IMG/VR virus record: IMGVR_UViG_3300044638_008494 | Coordinates: 32,001-96,000 of that record | Source: a virus | Reading direction: 5' to 3' (one strand) | Length of the DNA stretch: 64,000 nucleotides | Position numbers and translations under genes: made by a program | Notes under the pieces: generated by a model | Databases searched by the model: none | What the model saw: only the letters and a program-made list of their open reading frames with translations | What the model was told of the DNA's origin: nothing | In this document: positions 28,789-38,472 of the stretch, one piece after another | How the letters are laid out: every line of letters begins with the position of its first letter | Numbering within the stretch: the first letter of the stretch is position 1

Positions 28789-29775
28789 TCAGCTCTTGCT
28801 AGCCAATTCGTATATTCCCATGCTTCCCTTTGTTTGGGATTCAGAAATTATTTTATCTCCCAATATATCACCGCCAGCAATGCTTTTAACGTCATCCCTA
28901 TCTCCAAATAAGAAAGTAGATCCCTTATTTCCTTTTTTATTTTTACTGGTAGATTCTACTCGTTTCCTATTCTTTAAAGATTCAAGCCATTGATCTAATT
29001 TATCGGGGTTATCGTAAACCCCATCTGGAATTTCAGCGTCAGAGTTTTTAATTATATTTTGATAATATTTCCCCCAAATTAAAACTTCATGCTGATTTTT
29101 TGTTAGTTTTATTACTGGCTTTCCAAACACTTCCATAGATGTGCTCCCTATATACAAGATATTTTGAAAATGATGAGATATGGCTGTTTTTTTTATTATT
29201 TTAGAAGAGAAATCGGATAAATATTTAAAATAGTAATATGTTGCCCAATCTAAGATATTTTCAGACTCTTCATCTAGATTTTTATTAAATAATAACTCTT
29301 TTAAATCTTCATTTTTAAATAAAAAATTTTGCAAGAAAAAATCAGAAGTTTTTTTTGTGGCCCACTCCTCTGATGTCATTACGATAAAGGATGATCTTTC
29401 TTTATTTAACTTATCTAATTTTTCATGCTCAGAATTAACTTGCTCGTCAATACGCTTTTTATCAGAATCATAGATTAGTTTTGATCTTGTTGTATTTAAT
29501 CTATTAATTGTTGATTTTAATATTCGAATTTGATTCTCTTTTTCTTCACTCCACCACCCATATTTGGATGCAAGCGCCACCTGATCTTCTTCTCCAAGTA
29601 TTCCATTAACGCTGGCTTCATTTAAAAATCTATCATAAATATCTCTTATCTGAAGAGACTCTGATTGGGTTAAATGCTTTAAGTATATTTTTCCGTAATT
29701 TTCTATTTGGTATACGGAATAGCCATTAGATATATCTTCAAAAACGGCCAATACATCAACACTTTGGCCACTCAT
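28789..29775 (-). CDS. Putative tail assembly chaperone
   Basis: Helical and charged; directly upstream of the TMP. Confidence 0.5.
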   Translation of the reverse strand: MSGQSVDVLAVFEDISNGYSVYQIENYGKIYLKHLTQSESLQIRDIYDRFLNEASVNGILGEEDQVALASKYGWWSEEKENQIRILKSTINRLNTTRSKLIYDSDKKRIDEQVNSEHEKLDKLNKERSSFIVMTSEEWATKKTSDFFLQNFLFKNEDLKELLFNKNLDEESENILDWATYYYFKYLSDFSSKIIKKTAISHHFQNILYIGSTSMEVFGKPVIKLTKNQHEVLIWGKYYQNIIKNSDAEIPDGVYDNPDKLDQWLESLKNRKRVESTSKNKKGNKGSTFLFGDRDDVKSIAGGDILGDKIISESQTKGSMGIYELASKS

Positions 29776-29784
29776 AATGTTAGT

Positions 29785-30561
29785 TTATTCCTCGCTTGGC
29801 TTTGTGTCTTCTATTTTATTTTCTTTATTTTCTTCAGTATCAGCGGCAGTACTGTCATCTGCTGATCGATTTGACCCAGAATCGCTATCTTTAAAATCTT
29901 GCCAATTCGAGATTCTGTTTAAAAACCAAAGCGTAATTAAATAATTAAATCTTTGACCAACCTTTATAATAAAGGCTTCATCTTCATTGTCTGGATCAAG
30001 CTGATCATACCAGTCCAGCATTTCATCGTAATTTTCACCATTAAAAAACTGCTCGTCTTCGCTTTTATAAGCTAATTGTGTTAACCACCATTGGATGGTT
30101 GCATTTCTTGCCTTAGCCTCTGCCGTATTTTCAAAAATGTAAATTTGCTCAAGCTCAAATGTTTGAATCTCCCTTTTTGATTCTTCAATTTGCAATTCAA
30201 GTTTTGCTTTTTGAAGTTTTTGTTTATTATCTAATTCGGGCAATTGGTTTAATTTGTTCAACTCGATACTTGATTCAAAAAATGTTCTTTTGGCTTTAGT
30301 ATAATCCTCTGCTTCAGAGTTTGAAATTGTTCCTCCTAAGTTTTCTAAAATAGTATTCCAAGCGGCTTTTGGCAATAGGCCAGCCTTAACAAAGCTCGCT
30401 AACTGTTTTGCGTATTCAACTTCGCCAAGTTGCCGCAAGCTTCTTGATGGTTTTAAAATATAAAATCTTTTCTCTTCATTCTTATTGTTTTTAGCAATGA
30501 ATGAGTAAATCCATTTTTTAGTATCAAAGTCCGGTTTATCCTGCACATCATTATTATTCAT
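29785..30561 (-). CDS. Putative tail assembly chaperone
   Basis: Between tail tube and TMP; coiled-coil with ENTAEAKARN motif. Confidence 0.5.
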   Translation of the reverse strand: MNNNDVQDKPDFDTKKWIYSFIAKNNKNEEKRFYILKPSRSLRQLGEVEYAKQLASFVKAGLLPKAAWNTILENLGGTISNSEAEDYTKAKRTFFESSIELNKLNQLPELDNKQKLQKAKLELQIEESKREIQTFELEQIYIFENTAEAKARNATIQWWLTQLAYKSEDEQFFNGENYDEMLDWYDQLDPDNEDEAFIIKVGQRFNYLITLWFLNRISNWQDFKDSDSGSNRSADDSTAADTEENKENKIEDTKPSEE

Positions 30562-30566
30562 ATTTA

Positions 30567-30806
30567 TTACTTTCTATTATTATCATCATTAATAAACAAA
30601 AAATCAAAATTTTCTAATTCTTTTGTTATATCTCTTATTGTATTATTTCCGTGATCAAGAATTCTCTTTCTAATTTTTTGAAATTCTTCATCTGACATGC
30701 GGCCATCAGCTACAATATCTTCTAATACATAGATAAAAGACAAAAAAAGCCTAGTCACAGACTTTTTAATATATCCGAGTACAAATTCTTTTATATTAAA
30801 TTTCAC
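30567..30806 (-). CDS. Hypothetical protein (GTG start)
   Basis: 79 aa, first gene after the tail-tube terminator; RKRILDHGN motif. Confidence 0.6.
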   Translation of the reverse strand: MKFNIKEFVLGYIKKSVTRLFLSFIYVLEDIVADGRMSDEEFQKIRKRILDHGNNTIRDITKELENFDFLFINDDNNRK

Positions 30807-30814
30807 CTTTAAAA

Positions 30815-30839
30815 ACCTTTTACCTTACATGGTATTACA
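30815..30839 (-). promoter_or_regulatory. TGTAAT motif plus AGGTAAAAGGT leader element
   Basis: TGTAAT at 30834-30839; 11-mer at 30815-30825. Confidence 0.6.
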
Positions 30840-30848
30840 CCATAAAAT

Positions 30849-30880
30849 AAAAAAAGGGGCAGAAACTGCCCCTTTTTTTT
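30849..30880. terminator. Rho-independent (bidirectional-type) terminator after the tail tube gene
   Basis: AAAAAAAGGGGCAG-AAA-CTGCCCCTTTTTTTT. Confidence 0.88.
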
Positions 30881-30899
30881 GAATTTATTTTGTTTATAA

Positions 30900-32009
30900 T
30901 TATACCAAAGCAGCTGCTGGAAAACTTCCAGACAAGAAGATACCACGTTGATTATCTTCTGGGCCACCAATTGGAACTTCAAAACTTGCAGTTAGCGTAG
31001 CATTGTCTCCGATTGATGTTGACAAGCTTTGACTTACAAGCTTAGCACCTTTAAGTGTTGCGCTCATTGCCAAATCTCCTGCACCAGAGCAGTCGATCTT
31101 CTTAAGCTTTAAGGTTAAATCGTATACTCCAGTATCGCAAAGAAGGCTAGAAATATTTCCATCTGAAAGATTTCCAACTTCAGCATCTATATCTAGCGTA
31201 GCTGTAACTGGAAAGTCAATTTCTCTAGCAAATGAGAAGCGGCTTCCCAATTTGTTCAATGGCGTTCTTGCTAAATCAAAACTCATGGTTGCTGATTGAA
31301 CTTTCAAGTCAGAAGCTGAGTACCCAATGATTCCAGTAATATCGATAGTAGCATCGCCTGGAAGAAGTGCTGTTGGTTGTGCGCCATAAGCGTTTGTTTT
31401 GTGCTGAGGCAATCTGAATGCCTGTGACGTAATTGGCAATCCATTTACTGGATTAACAGCAGGAACATCGTTATTACCATCAACTGATGAGTAAATTCTA
31501 GCATTAAGTGCTTCCAAATCAACTGTAGCTGTTGGAATATCGCCCACTGCAACATTCAAGCTATATGAAGTAACATAACTATTTCCAACACCAACAACTC
31601 CGGTTACCCCTGCATAGTTTGATGCGTCACTACCTTCAGATGCGACTAAAAGATATAGATTTTTTTCGTCGGTTGTCTTTTGAAGAATATCTTTTAAGCA
31701 TGAAACTTGTGCTTGGGTTCCTGTAGCAACAGTTAGTCCTAGCAATTTTTCATTTAAACCATCTGTTACATAGTAAGATAAGCTTGCTGAAACTGTTGGG
31801 GCTTCTGTGTCAAGACGATCAATTGCTGCAAGATTTCCAAATTGGTTAATATCTTGTAGATTTCTTGTGAAATCTGAATCAAATGATTGAACACGGGTAA
31901 GCTGTTTGATATCAGCTGATCCGGTTTGCGCCACTCTAGCACCGTTTGTTCCAGTAGTTTGGCTTGCGAATACTCCTAGTGATTGATATATAATGCGATT
32001 TCTGCTCAT
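30900..32009 (-). CDS. Major tail (tube) protein
   Basis: Beta-rich tube-like motifs (RVQS..F.RNLQDINQFG; KVQS..F.L.RTPLNKLG) that appear duplicated; has its own promoter motif and terminator; upstream of chaperones and TMP. Confidence 0.75.
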   Translation of the reverse strand: MSRNRIIYQSLGVFASQTTGTNGARVAQTGSADIKQLTRVQSFDSDFTRNLQDINQFGNLAAIDRLDTEAPTVSASLSYYVTDGLNEKLLGLTVATGTQAQVSCLKDILQKTTDEKNLYLLVASEGSDASNYAGVTGVVGVGNSYVTSYSLNVAVGDIPTATVDLEALNARIYSSVDGNNDVPAVNPVNGLPITSQAFRLPQHKTNAYGAQPTALLPGDATIDITGIIGYSASDLKVQSATMSFDLARTPLNKLGSRFSFAREIDFPVTATLDIDAEVGNLSDGNISSLLCDTGVYDLTLKLKKIDCSGAGDLAMSATLKGAKLVSQSLSTSIGDNATLTASFEVPIGGPEDNQRGIFLSGSFPAAALV

Positions 32010-32050
32010 AATTTTATATTTTATTTAAATAAAGTGTTATTCTTATACTA

Positions 32051-32056
32051 ATTACA
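32051..32056 (-). promoter_or_regulatory. TGTAAT late-promoter motif (tail tube)
   Basis: TGTAATTAGTA, the same 11-mer found upstream of 34540. Confidence 0.6.
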
Positions 32057-32084
32057 TTTAAAAAGCCCAAAAAGCCAATTTTTT

Positions 32085-32957
32085 TTAATTTATTCGCGGC
32101 TCTCTAACGTAACTTAAAGTAAAATCTGCAAATGCCCCATAAGAGTTATTTCCTACTAGTTTATTAACTGAAGGGGCAAATTTAGATATCGTTACGGAAG
32201 AGACTAGTGCCATTAAACTTCCTGTTTGGGAATATTGATGGCATAAATTTAAATAATTATAATTCTGATTTTTATAATCCCCATATATATTAAATGGCAT
32301 ATCTTTAGGGTGCAAAACAGGAAAATATTTCCTAGCCATATCTGTTGCGATTGAAACGCCAGCATCTAGTAAGTATGGTGAATCTGCCAAAAATATAGTT
32401 CTTATATTAACTACGCTTTCATCTAATCCACCGAACGCGAAAGGTTGATTTTCTGTATATTGTGTTTTAACAAAAATAGCCGGATATGTTAACTGGTCAT
32501 AACTTAATGGCGTTTTAGCATCACTTCCAAAAGAGTCATTTGGTCTTACCGGATATTTAGATTCAAATATTAGAGTATCATCTTGAGATTCAGTATAGTA
32601 TACATTATATTCTTTATAGGCATATGAGCATTTTACACTCGATAATGATGTTGATAATGTGTTGTTAAAAATCGCTCTTCCCAATTCATAATCAATGTAA
32701 AGACCACCTGTTGTTTTTGGATTAAAGGTATTGTTTATGTAAACGCCAGATGGTATATTTGCTCCATTTATTGAATAATCAGAAACAAATTGTCTGTACG
32801 GACTGGCATAAATTGTTTTATTAGAAAAATTTGGATCTTGCGTGTTATATAAATTTCCACTATTGACGTTTATATATGCAGACCCTTTTCTTAAAATTTC
32901 ATGGTCAATGAAATGTGTAAAGCTCGGCGCAATTCTATTTAAAAATTGAGGTACCAT
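32085..32957 (-). CDS. Putative tail terminator / neck protein
   Basis: YPAIFV strand motif; last gene before the tail tube. Confidence 0.5.
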   Translation of the reverse strand: MVPQFLNRIAPSFTHFIDHEILRKGSAYINVNSGNLYNTQDPNFSNKTIYASPYRQFVSDYSINGANIPSGVYINNTFNPKTTGGLYIDYELGRAIFNNTLSTSLSSVKCSYAYKEYNVYYTESQDDTLIFESKYPVRPNDSFGSDAKTPLSYDQLTYPAIFVKTQYTENQPFAFGGLDESVVNIRTIFLADSPYLLDAGVSIATDMARKYFPVLHPKDMPFNIYGDYKNQNYNYLNLCHQYSQTGSLMALVSSVTISKFAPSVNKLVGNNSYGAFADFTLSYVREPRIN

Positions 32958-32958
32958 A

Positions 32959-33543
32959 TTATTTCAAATCTATTAAAAATTTTTTCCACATTGATGACCA
33001 GTACTGCTTTCTTTGATATTGTCCAGATCTTACCTTATTATCAGCTTGAATACCGCCGCCAGATCTTCCCAATTTTTTAGAAATATAAAAGGAAAATCCA
33101 GATATTCCTTGCTCAATTGATTTTATCCATGACCTGCCAAGCTCCCAAGGCATTTGGGCATTAGCTGTAAGATCTGCATCTGAAACTCCGTTGACATCAA
33201 ATTCAAATAATATTTTATCTCCACTTTCTGATGTTTTGGGATTTTTATTTTTAATTTGTATTTTATTTTTTAAAAAAGCTATCCACAAATCTACTGGATT
33301 ATTTCCAGCATCAAATCCTATAAAAGAAAAAAGATTTCCATAACCACCTAAAGTTCCAGATATATTTGTCGAGCTTGGACCAGCTTTAATCTCTCTCGAT
33401 ACTGAGTGCGATCCAAAATCATTAATTAGTTCATTTTTAGCTTTTTCTAATTTTGATTGAGCGATTTCAAATGCCTGTTTTTTAATTTGCTTATTACTTA
33501 GAACAGCAATATTCAAATCATTTTGATTAACTCCTTTAGCCAT
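32959..33543 (-). CDS. Putative neck / tail completion protein
   Basis: Basic 194-aa protein in the head-tail joining block. Confidence 0.45.
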   Translation of the reverse strand: MAKGVNQNDLNIAVLSNKQIKKQAFEIAQSKLEKAKNELINDFGSHSVSREIKAGPSSTNISGTLGGYGNLFSFIGFDAGNNPVDLWIAFLKNKIQIKNKNPKTSESGDKILFEFDVNGVSDADLTANAQMPWELGRSWIKSIEQGISGFSFYISKKLGRSGGGIQADNKVRSGQYQRKQYWSSMWKKFLIDLK

Positions 33544-33989
33544 TACTGCATGTCCCTTCTTTTTGCGTATATTGTATAATACTGCACATCAAATAATCCG
33601 TGAAGCCTTGGAACGCCCACAGCTTCACATGCAATATTGTCAACATAAAATGATTGACTGCCGTTTAAAAATTCATAAGCGTCTTGCTTCATTTTTAATC
33701 GGCAAACTTGACCAGGTAATGGATTTTCTATACCAGGTATCAACTCTTCTTCTTTGCCATTTAACCATTTTATTCTCATTAAAAATTGGCCAGTAACGGG
33801 CACTGTATCAAAGTTAAAATTATCGGCCTGTCTATAATTTCTATATGATGAAATATAATCATCGTTAGTAATTACGTCCACTCTTTCTGGATCACGATAA
33901 ATAACAACATTTCTACCAAATGTCTCATGCAAATTATTAAACTGCGAAGACATTTCTGCTTTTTCTGCGGCTGATAAAAAAGATGGCAT
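33543..33989 (-). CDS. Putative head-closure (stopper) protein
   Basis: Likely start MPSFLS at 33989 (the track's upstream start overlaps the previous gene); small beta-rich protein after the adaptor. Confidence 0.45.
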   Translation of the reverse strand: MPSFLSAAEKAEMSSQFNNLHETFGRNVVIYRDPERVDVITNDDYISSYRNYRQADNFNFDTVPVTGQFLMRIKWLNGKEEELIPGIENPLPGQVCRLKMKQDAYEFLNGSQSFYVDNIACEAVGVPRLHGLFDVQYYTIYAKRRDMQ

Positions 33990-33991
33990 AA

Positions 33992-34540
33992 TTATAAACC
34001 TGGTTCGCTTCTTGGATAGTATACACTGCGATTTGCGCCCGCCCAATACCCTCCGTCAATAACATCAGTTCCGTCAACTGATTGTGGTTTAGATTTTGAT
34101 TTTAAATATTGTTTTACTAAATTATTAGCATTGTCCTGAGCGTCTTTACGAAAGCCTTGGTAAGTTCTAGCAAGCTCTGACCTGTTAACTCTTGTTATTG
34201 TCGAGTCGCCCTCTTTTAAAGTAGTCCATGCGCCAATATTATATGCGCCAGAAAGAGCCATTTTAGCCTCCCTGCTGTAGAAAAATGTATCAAAATTAGC
34301 CTTATAAATTGCTTGCTCTTGGTTTTCTAACGGTGGCTCTATTGCAATTCCGGTTACTTTTCCAATAGGGGAATATTTTGGACTAACCTCAAAGCATCCA
34401 TCAATTTGATTATTTAAATATCCCAAGTTGGCAGGATCTAAAAACCATCCGACTAAATAAGTATACGAATAATCGTCTCGATCTCCAAGATCCAGAACTA
34501 CATTATTTACAAAATCATTAAACCATTTAGGGTATTGCAT
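33992..34540 (-). CDS. Putative head-tail adaptor
   Basis: Likely start MQYPKW at 34540, 7 nt after TGTAAT (34548-34553); TLKEGDSTIT beta-hairpin typical of adaptors. Confidence 0.5.
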   Translation of the reverse strand: MQYPKWFNDFVNNVVLDLGDRDDYSYTYLVGWFLDPANLGYLNNQIDGCFEVSPKYSPIGKVTGIAIEPPLENQEQAIYKANFDTFFYSREAKMALSGAYNIGAWTTLKEGDSTITRVNRSELARTYQGFRKDAQDNANNLVKQYLKSKSKPQSVDGTDVIDGGYWAGANRSVYYPRSEPGL

Positions 34541-34582
34541 GTTACTAATTACACGCAATTAGCTCTTAATTAATCTATAAAA

Positions 34583-34948
34583 TTAAGCGCCCTCTCTCAA
34601 TATTTTATGAATGGTTTTTGGTACCGATGACGGTGCAGAAGCTGTGTTAACCTGTCCAGATTTGAACGATGCCACATGCCTCAAGAATTCATTTACCAAT
34701 CTTTCTTTTAAGATATGAGATTCAACATCTGGTCTCAGGCCAATATCTCTAGCATGGTTTTGAAGATCTACTGGCAGCATATCATTCAATTTGGCAGTAT
34801 AGACATCTAAATCCATAGTACCATATTTAGATAAGCCATCTGAGCCCCAAATCTGCTCTAGTGCGGTTGGTTTATTGGCGGCAATTTTACCGTCAATTTC
34901 AACATTTTCATTTAAAATTTCTTTAGATGTGCGTTTTTTTCTTGGCAT
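34583..34948 (-). CDS. Hypothetical protein downstream of the major capsid gene
   Basis: 121-aa ORF. Confidence 0.65.
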   Translation of the reverse strand: MPRKKRTSKEILNENVEIDGKIAANKPTALEQIWGSDGLSKYGTMDLDVYTAKLNDMLPVDLQNHARDIGLRPDVESHILKERLVNEFLRHVASFKSGQVNTASAPSSVPKTIHKILREGA

Positions 34949-35013
34949 AATATTATTTATTCAATTTATTATAACAAGAACAAACTACAATTTCAATTTT
35001 ATATTTAATATAT

Positions 35014-35045
35014 AAAAAAGAAAAAGCCCTGATTTCTCAGGGCTT
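35014..35045 (-). terminator. Rho-independent terminator after the major capsid gene
   Basis: AAGCCCTGA-loop-TCAGGGCTT followed by a T-run on the minus strand. Confidence 0.8.
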
Positions 35046-35073
35046 AATCTTTGATTAACTTCTTGAACTTTGA

Positions 35074-36189
35074 TTAGACAATCAAGCCAACTACTGCGCG
35101 GCTGTCGAGACATACGCGACCTTCGCGTAGTTTCATGTACCAGCCCATTTTGTTTGCGCGAGCTTGGAATTGATCGTCAACAAATGTTTGAACTTGACCA
35201 CCGTTGTCGTCAAATGTTTCGACTGGGCGTAGGAAAGCTCCACGGGCCATGTCGAAGCCAATTAATAGCTCGTCTGTTGCATTGGTGAATGCAGCAGCGT
35301 TTGTTCCGTCTGCTTCTGCGAAGGTTTTGCTTCCGGCAAAGAAGTCGAAGAGTTCATTGTATCTCTTTCCTTCGCCAAGCTCTAGCAATTCATGAATTGT
35401 CACACCGAAGATTTCGGATGTGCCAGCACTACGATAGATTTGGCTGCGAACTTCATCAGGAAGAGCAACGTTACCAGCTGTTGTTCCAGCGCCGCTACGG
35501 GTGTTAACTGGGTTGTAAGCAAAGGAACGAATTTGTCCTTTGATTTCTGGGCTAACATAGATATCTGTAAGTCCAGCAGCTGATGCTGTTGATGTTCCGC
35601 CTAGGTAATCGCTATTGAAGCGGCTTACTAGTGTCCAGAGTGAACTTAGATCATCTGGTGTGAATACGCCAGCTGCTGCTGAGCGAATGGCGTGATTTTT
35701 TCCATTTGAGCTTGCGTCAGCAAGAACTTTCATAATAACAGCCCATGCATTGCGCTCTTGTTTTACTAAGAGTTGGTTTGCTGCGAATTCGATGTAGCGA
35801 GCTACAACATTTAGGCGTGCTCTGCGAGCATAACGCTTGTCGAAGCTGATTGCACTGTCGAGATCATATGTGCGAAGTTTGATTTCGCTTGCTCCTGCAA
35901 CTTCATTTGTTGGGAGACCACCACCGACAGTTTGTGACCAAATGGAGATGTCGCCATATCCTTGACCAAAAAGTGTGTCGATTGGGAATGAAGGAGAATC
36001 ATCCTCATTGTATGCTTCGTCACGGTAGATTTGAGCGGCTGATCCAGCGTGCATCAAAACTTCTTGAACGACTGGGCTTAAGAATGCTGCGAAAGCTTCT
36101 TGAGCTTCAGCGGCTTCGACTTTATTGTTAGAAGCCATGGCCTTGATTAGGGCTACTTGCTCTGGTGTATTTTTGAATTCGATTTTCAT
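35074..36189 (-). CDS. Major capsid protein (HK97 fold)
   Basis: 371 aa after protease-scaffold and decoration genes; distinctive codon bias; C-terminal GWYMKLREGRVCLDSRAVVGL strand pattern; followed by a terminator. Confidence 0.8.
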   Translation of the reverse strand: MKIEFKNTPEQVALIKAMASNNKVEAAEAQEAFAAFLSPVVQEVLMHAGSAAQIYRDEAYNEDDSPSFPIDTLFGQGYGDISIWSQTVGGGLPTNEVAGASEIKLRTYDLDSAISFDKRYARRARLNVVARYIEFAANQLLVKQERNAWAVIMKVLADASSNGKNHAIRSAAAGVFTPDDLSSLWTLVSRFNSDYLGGTSTASAAGLTDIYVSPEIKGQIRSFAYNPVNTRSGAGTTAGNVALPDEVRSQIYRSAGTSEIFGVTIHELLELGEGKRYNELFDFFAGSKTFAEADGTNAAAFTNATDELLIGFDMARGAFLRPVETFDDNGGQVQTFVDDQFQARANKMGWYMKLREGRVCLDSRAVVGLIV

Positions 36190-36221
36190 ATGTTTATATT
36201 TTTATTTATTCTCCTTTTAAA

Positions 36222-36761
36222 TTAGTTAAGATTGAACTCCAATGGAGCGTATCCTTCGTCATTCTTAGGACCTAGGAAACGTCCGATTGAGTTTGCGCTT
36301 GTTGCTGCAACAACTTTGAGTGAGCCGTCACCAGCGTCTGCGATTGCTGCGCCGGAACCAAAAGCTGGTGTTCCGACGATACCACTATAAAGAACAAAGC
36401 CTTTTGTTGCAACTGGAGCGGCTTGTCCGCTTACTGTTACATCCATTTCGGCTGCTTTACGTGGGTCATAAATTAGTGGGTAGCCATTTTCATCAACTGT
36501 GCGAACATCTTTAAGAAGCATTCCAAGAACGCTTGCTTTAGCTGTGCCAGATGGGGCTGCTGTTACGAGCCAAGGAACATTGAATGTTGCTGAAAGCGTA
36601 CCTTCAACAGAAGATAGATTTTCAAGCGTTAGCTCGTTTTTTAGGTTTAGACCTTCGCCAACAGCGGTAACAAATGTACCTTTATTGGCAGCTGCTCCGT
36701 TGTATGAGAAGAACGGAACAATGTCATATTGATTTACTGCACGTAGAGGTTTGATATTCAT
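36222..36761 (-). CDS. Capsid decoration / cement protein
   Basis: Small Gly/Ala-rich beta protein between scaffold and MCP; TGTAAT at 36787-36792. Confidence 0.6.
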   Translation of the reverse strand: MNIKPLRAVNQYDIVPFFSYNGAAANKGTFVTAVGEGLNLKNELTLENLSSVEGTLSATFNVPWLVTAAPSGTAKASVLGMLLKDVRTVDENGYPLIYDPRKAAEMDVTVSGQAAPVATKGFVLYSGIVGTPAFGSGAAIADAGDGSLKVVAATSANSIGRFLGPKNDEGYAPLEFNLN

Positions 36762-36821
36762 AGTGTTTTATTTTTTCTTAGTATATATTACAGTTAATTT
36801 TTATTTTTTACCTAAATATTT

Positions 36822-37520
36822 TTATCTATTTAAATTAATTTTGATGTTGTCTCCGCTAAATGCAGAAGCCATACGATCTTTAAGAGATTCTACTGCACCA
36901 GCAGCATTTACTACATCATTAGTAACAGCAGCCTCTGCAATTGCTTGTGCGGCAGCTACTTCTGCTTTGACTTCTTCTGGCATTTGCGGATCAATTTCAA
37001 CAGTTGCAGCCGTAGCTACAATCTCTTCATTTGATTTGGCCATTTTCATTTTTTCTTCTTCTTTCATCTTTTCGGCCATTGCTTTTTTGGCAGCTTTATT
37101 TTTAGCAGATGCCAATGTTGAAAATTTCTTGAACCATTTTTGAAAATCATCTTCGCTAGCAACTGCTTTTAGATCTTCAGCGATAATTTCACGATCTTCA
37201 TCTGTAAGATCATACTCTGAATCGATAGTTGACATGCGAGCTTGGAATACTTCTTCAGCTTCTTTAGCTGCGATTTGATTTTTAAGTTCATTAAGAGCTG
37301 TTTCTGAATCTTCTTTTGATTTCTTAAGCTCGTCTAATTGTGCTTGCAATTGGGCAATTTGTTCGCCAAGATTTGTTGCAAGTGTTTCTTTTTCATCAGC
37401 TTGTTTTTTCCATGCTTCAGAGTTTTCTGCAATTTTTTCAGCAATAAAGTCTGTTACTGCTGTTGCAGAAAGTTCCTTCATAGAGCTGTCATTGATTTCT
37501 TTGATGTCTGTTATTTTCAT
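36822..37520 (-). CDS. Nested in-frame scaffolding protein (internal start M298)
   Basis: Internal TGTAAT at 37549-37554, followed by an AT-rich leader and ATG (MKITDIKE) at 37520. Confidence 0.55.
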   Translation of the reverse strand: MKITDIKEINDSSMKELSATAVTDFIAEKIAENSEAWKKQADEKETLATNLGEQIAQLQAQLDELKKSKEDSETALNELKNQIAAKEAEEVFQARMSTIDSEYDLTDEDREIIAEDLKAVASEDDFQKWFKKFSTLASAKNKAAKKAMAEKMKEEEKMKMAKSNEEIVATAATVEIDPQMPEEVKAEVAAAQAIAEAAVTNDVVNAAGAVESLKDRMASAFSGDNIKINLNR

Positions 37521-38411
37521 AATTAAATTAATTGATGCTTCCTCATTTATTACATTTTCTAATTGAATTTTATCACATTTTTTTTCATTCTCTTCAGATC
37601 CAACCTTTACAAGTTTTAAATCTACAGGCTCCTCATCAGGATTGTCTGTTGTGATAATGCCCTTAACTTCTGCTGCTGGAGTTTCAGTCAATCCAATACC
37701 AAGGCTCAAAATAGTGTCACCTTGTAGGTTTAAATATACTGGATTGCCCTCTTCGTCAGCGCCATTGCCGCCAAATGTTTTCAATCTGGCTTTTAATTCA
37801 TTAACAGCTTCGCCATCTACAATTTCACATTCTTTAAGATATTTAGATCCTTTAGCAATATTGAATTCTTTAAATGCAACCTCCCAAGACGCAGAAATAG
37901 AACCAAATTTATCAGATGCCAAATCTCCTGATTCAGATACAGCATCAGCAAAGTCAGGATTTACTGCTCTCCAAATAATTCCAGAAAGCACAACATTAAA
38001 TACTTTTCCTTCAGCGGCTAGTTCGCGCGCACTTGCCTCAGCTATTGGTTGGTCATCTGGAAATGAAGAAAATCCATAATCTGTAATGCATCCAACAACA
38101 TTCTGCCTTTCATGTTCGATATTGATATATTTTCCCTTAAAGCTTTTTGCTATTTCTATACCACGCTCGCCAGAAATCATGTGGCCATTTTTATTGCCAA
38201 GATTTGGAGTATAAGCATTGAATGCAACGCCTAGAATATCATAACTAGATTCAAAATCAAAATCTTTTGGAAGTAGATTTTTTAGCTTATCTGCGCTAGC
38301 TTTAGCAATATATTGGAGATCTTCTTTATCCATTGATACCGCTTTGATTTGGATGCTATCAAAACGCGCATGAAATGGATAGTCTTTTAATGAAATTTTT
38401 TTCTTTTTCAT
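36822..38411 (-). CDS. Prohead serine protease fused to scaffolding protein
   Basis: INIEH (His) and SASWEV (Ser) protease motifs; acidic coiled-coil C-terminal half; TGTAAT at 38427-38432. Confidence 0.8.
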   Translation of the reverse strand: MKKKKISLKDYPFHARFDSIQIKAVSMDKEDLQYIAKASADKLKNLLPKDFDFESSYDILGVAFNAYTPNLGNKNGHMISGERGIEIAKSFKGKYINIEHERQNVVGCITDYGFSSFPDDQPIAEASARELAAEGKVFNVVLSGIIWRAVNPDFADAVSESGDLASDKFGSISASWEVAFKEFNIAKGSKYLKECEIVDGEAVNELKARLKTFGGNGADEEGNPVYLNLQGDTILSLGIGLTETPAAEVKGIITTDNPDEEPVDLKLVKVGSEENEKKCDKIQLENVINEEASINLIMKITDIKEINDSSMKELSATAVTDFIAEKIAENSEAWKKQADEKETLATNLGEQIAQLQAQLDELKKSKEDSETALNELKNQIAAKEAEEVFQARMSTIDSEYDLTDEDREIIAEDLKAVASEDDFQKWFKKFSTLASAKNKAAKKAMAEKMKEEEKMKMAKSNEEIVATAATVEIDPQMPEEVKAEVAAAQAIAEAAVTNDVVNAAGAVESLKDRMASAFSGDNIKINLNR

Positions 38412-38472
38412 TTGTATTATTTATCTATTACACTTAAAAAAAACATGAAACACATTTAATAAAATATTAATA

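Noticed and set aside
28789-30561. Programmed frameshift or readthrough between the tail chaperones
   Set aside because: The ORFs are in the same frame with a 9-nt gap, a TAA stop and their own ATG; no convincing slippery site was identified
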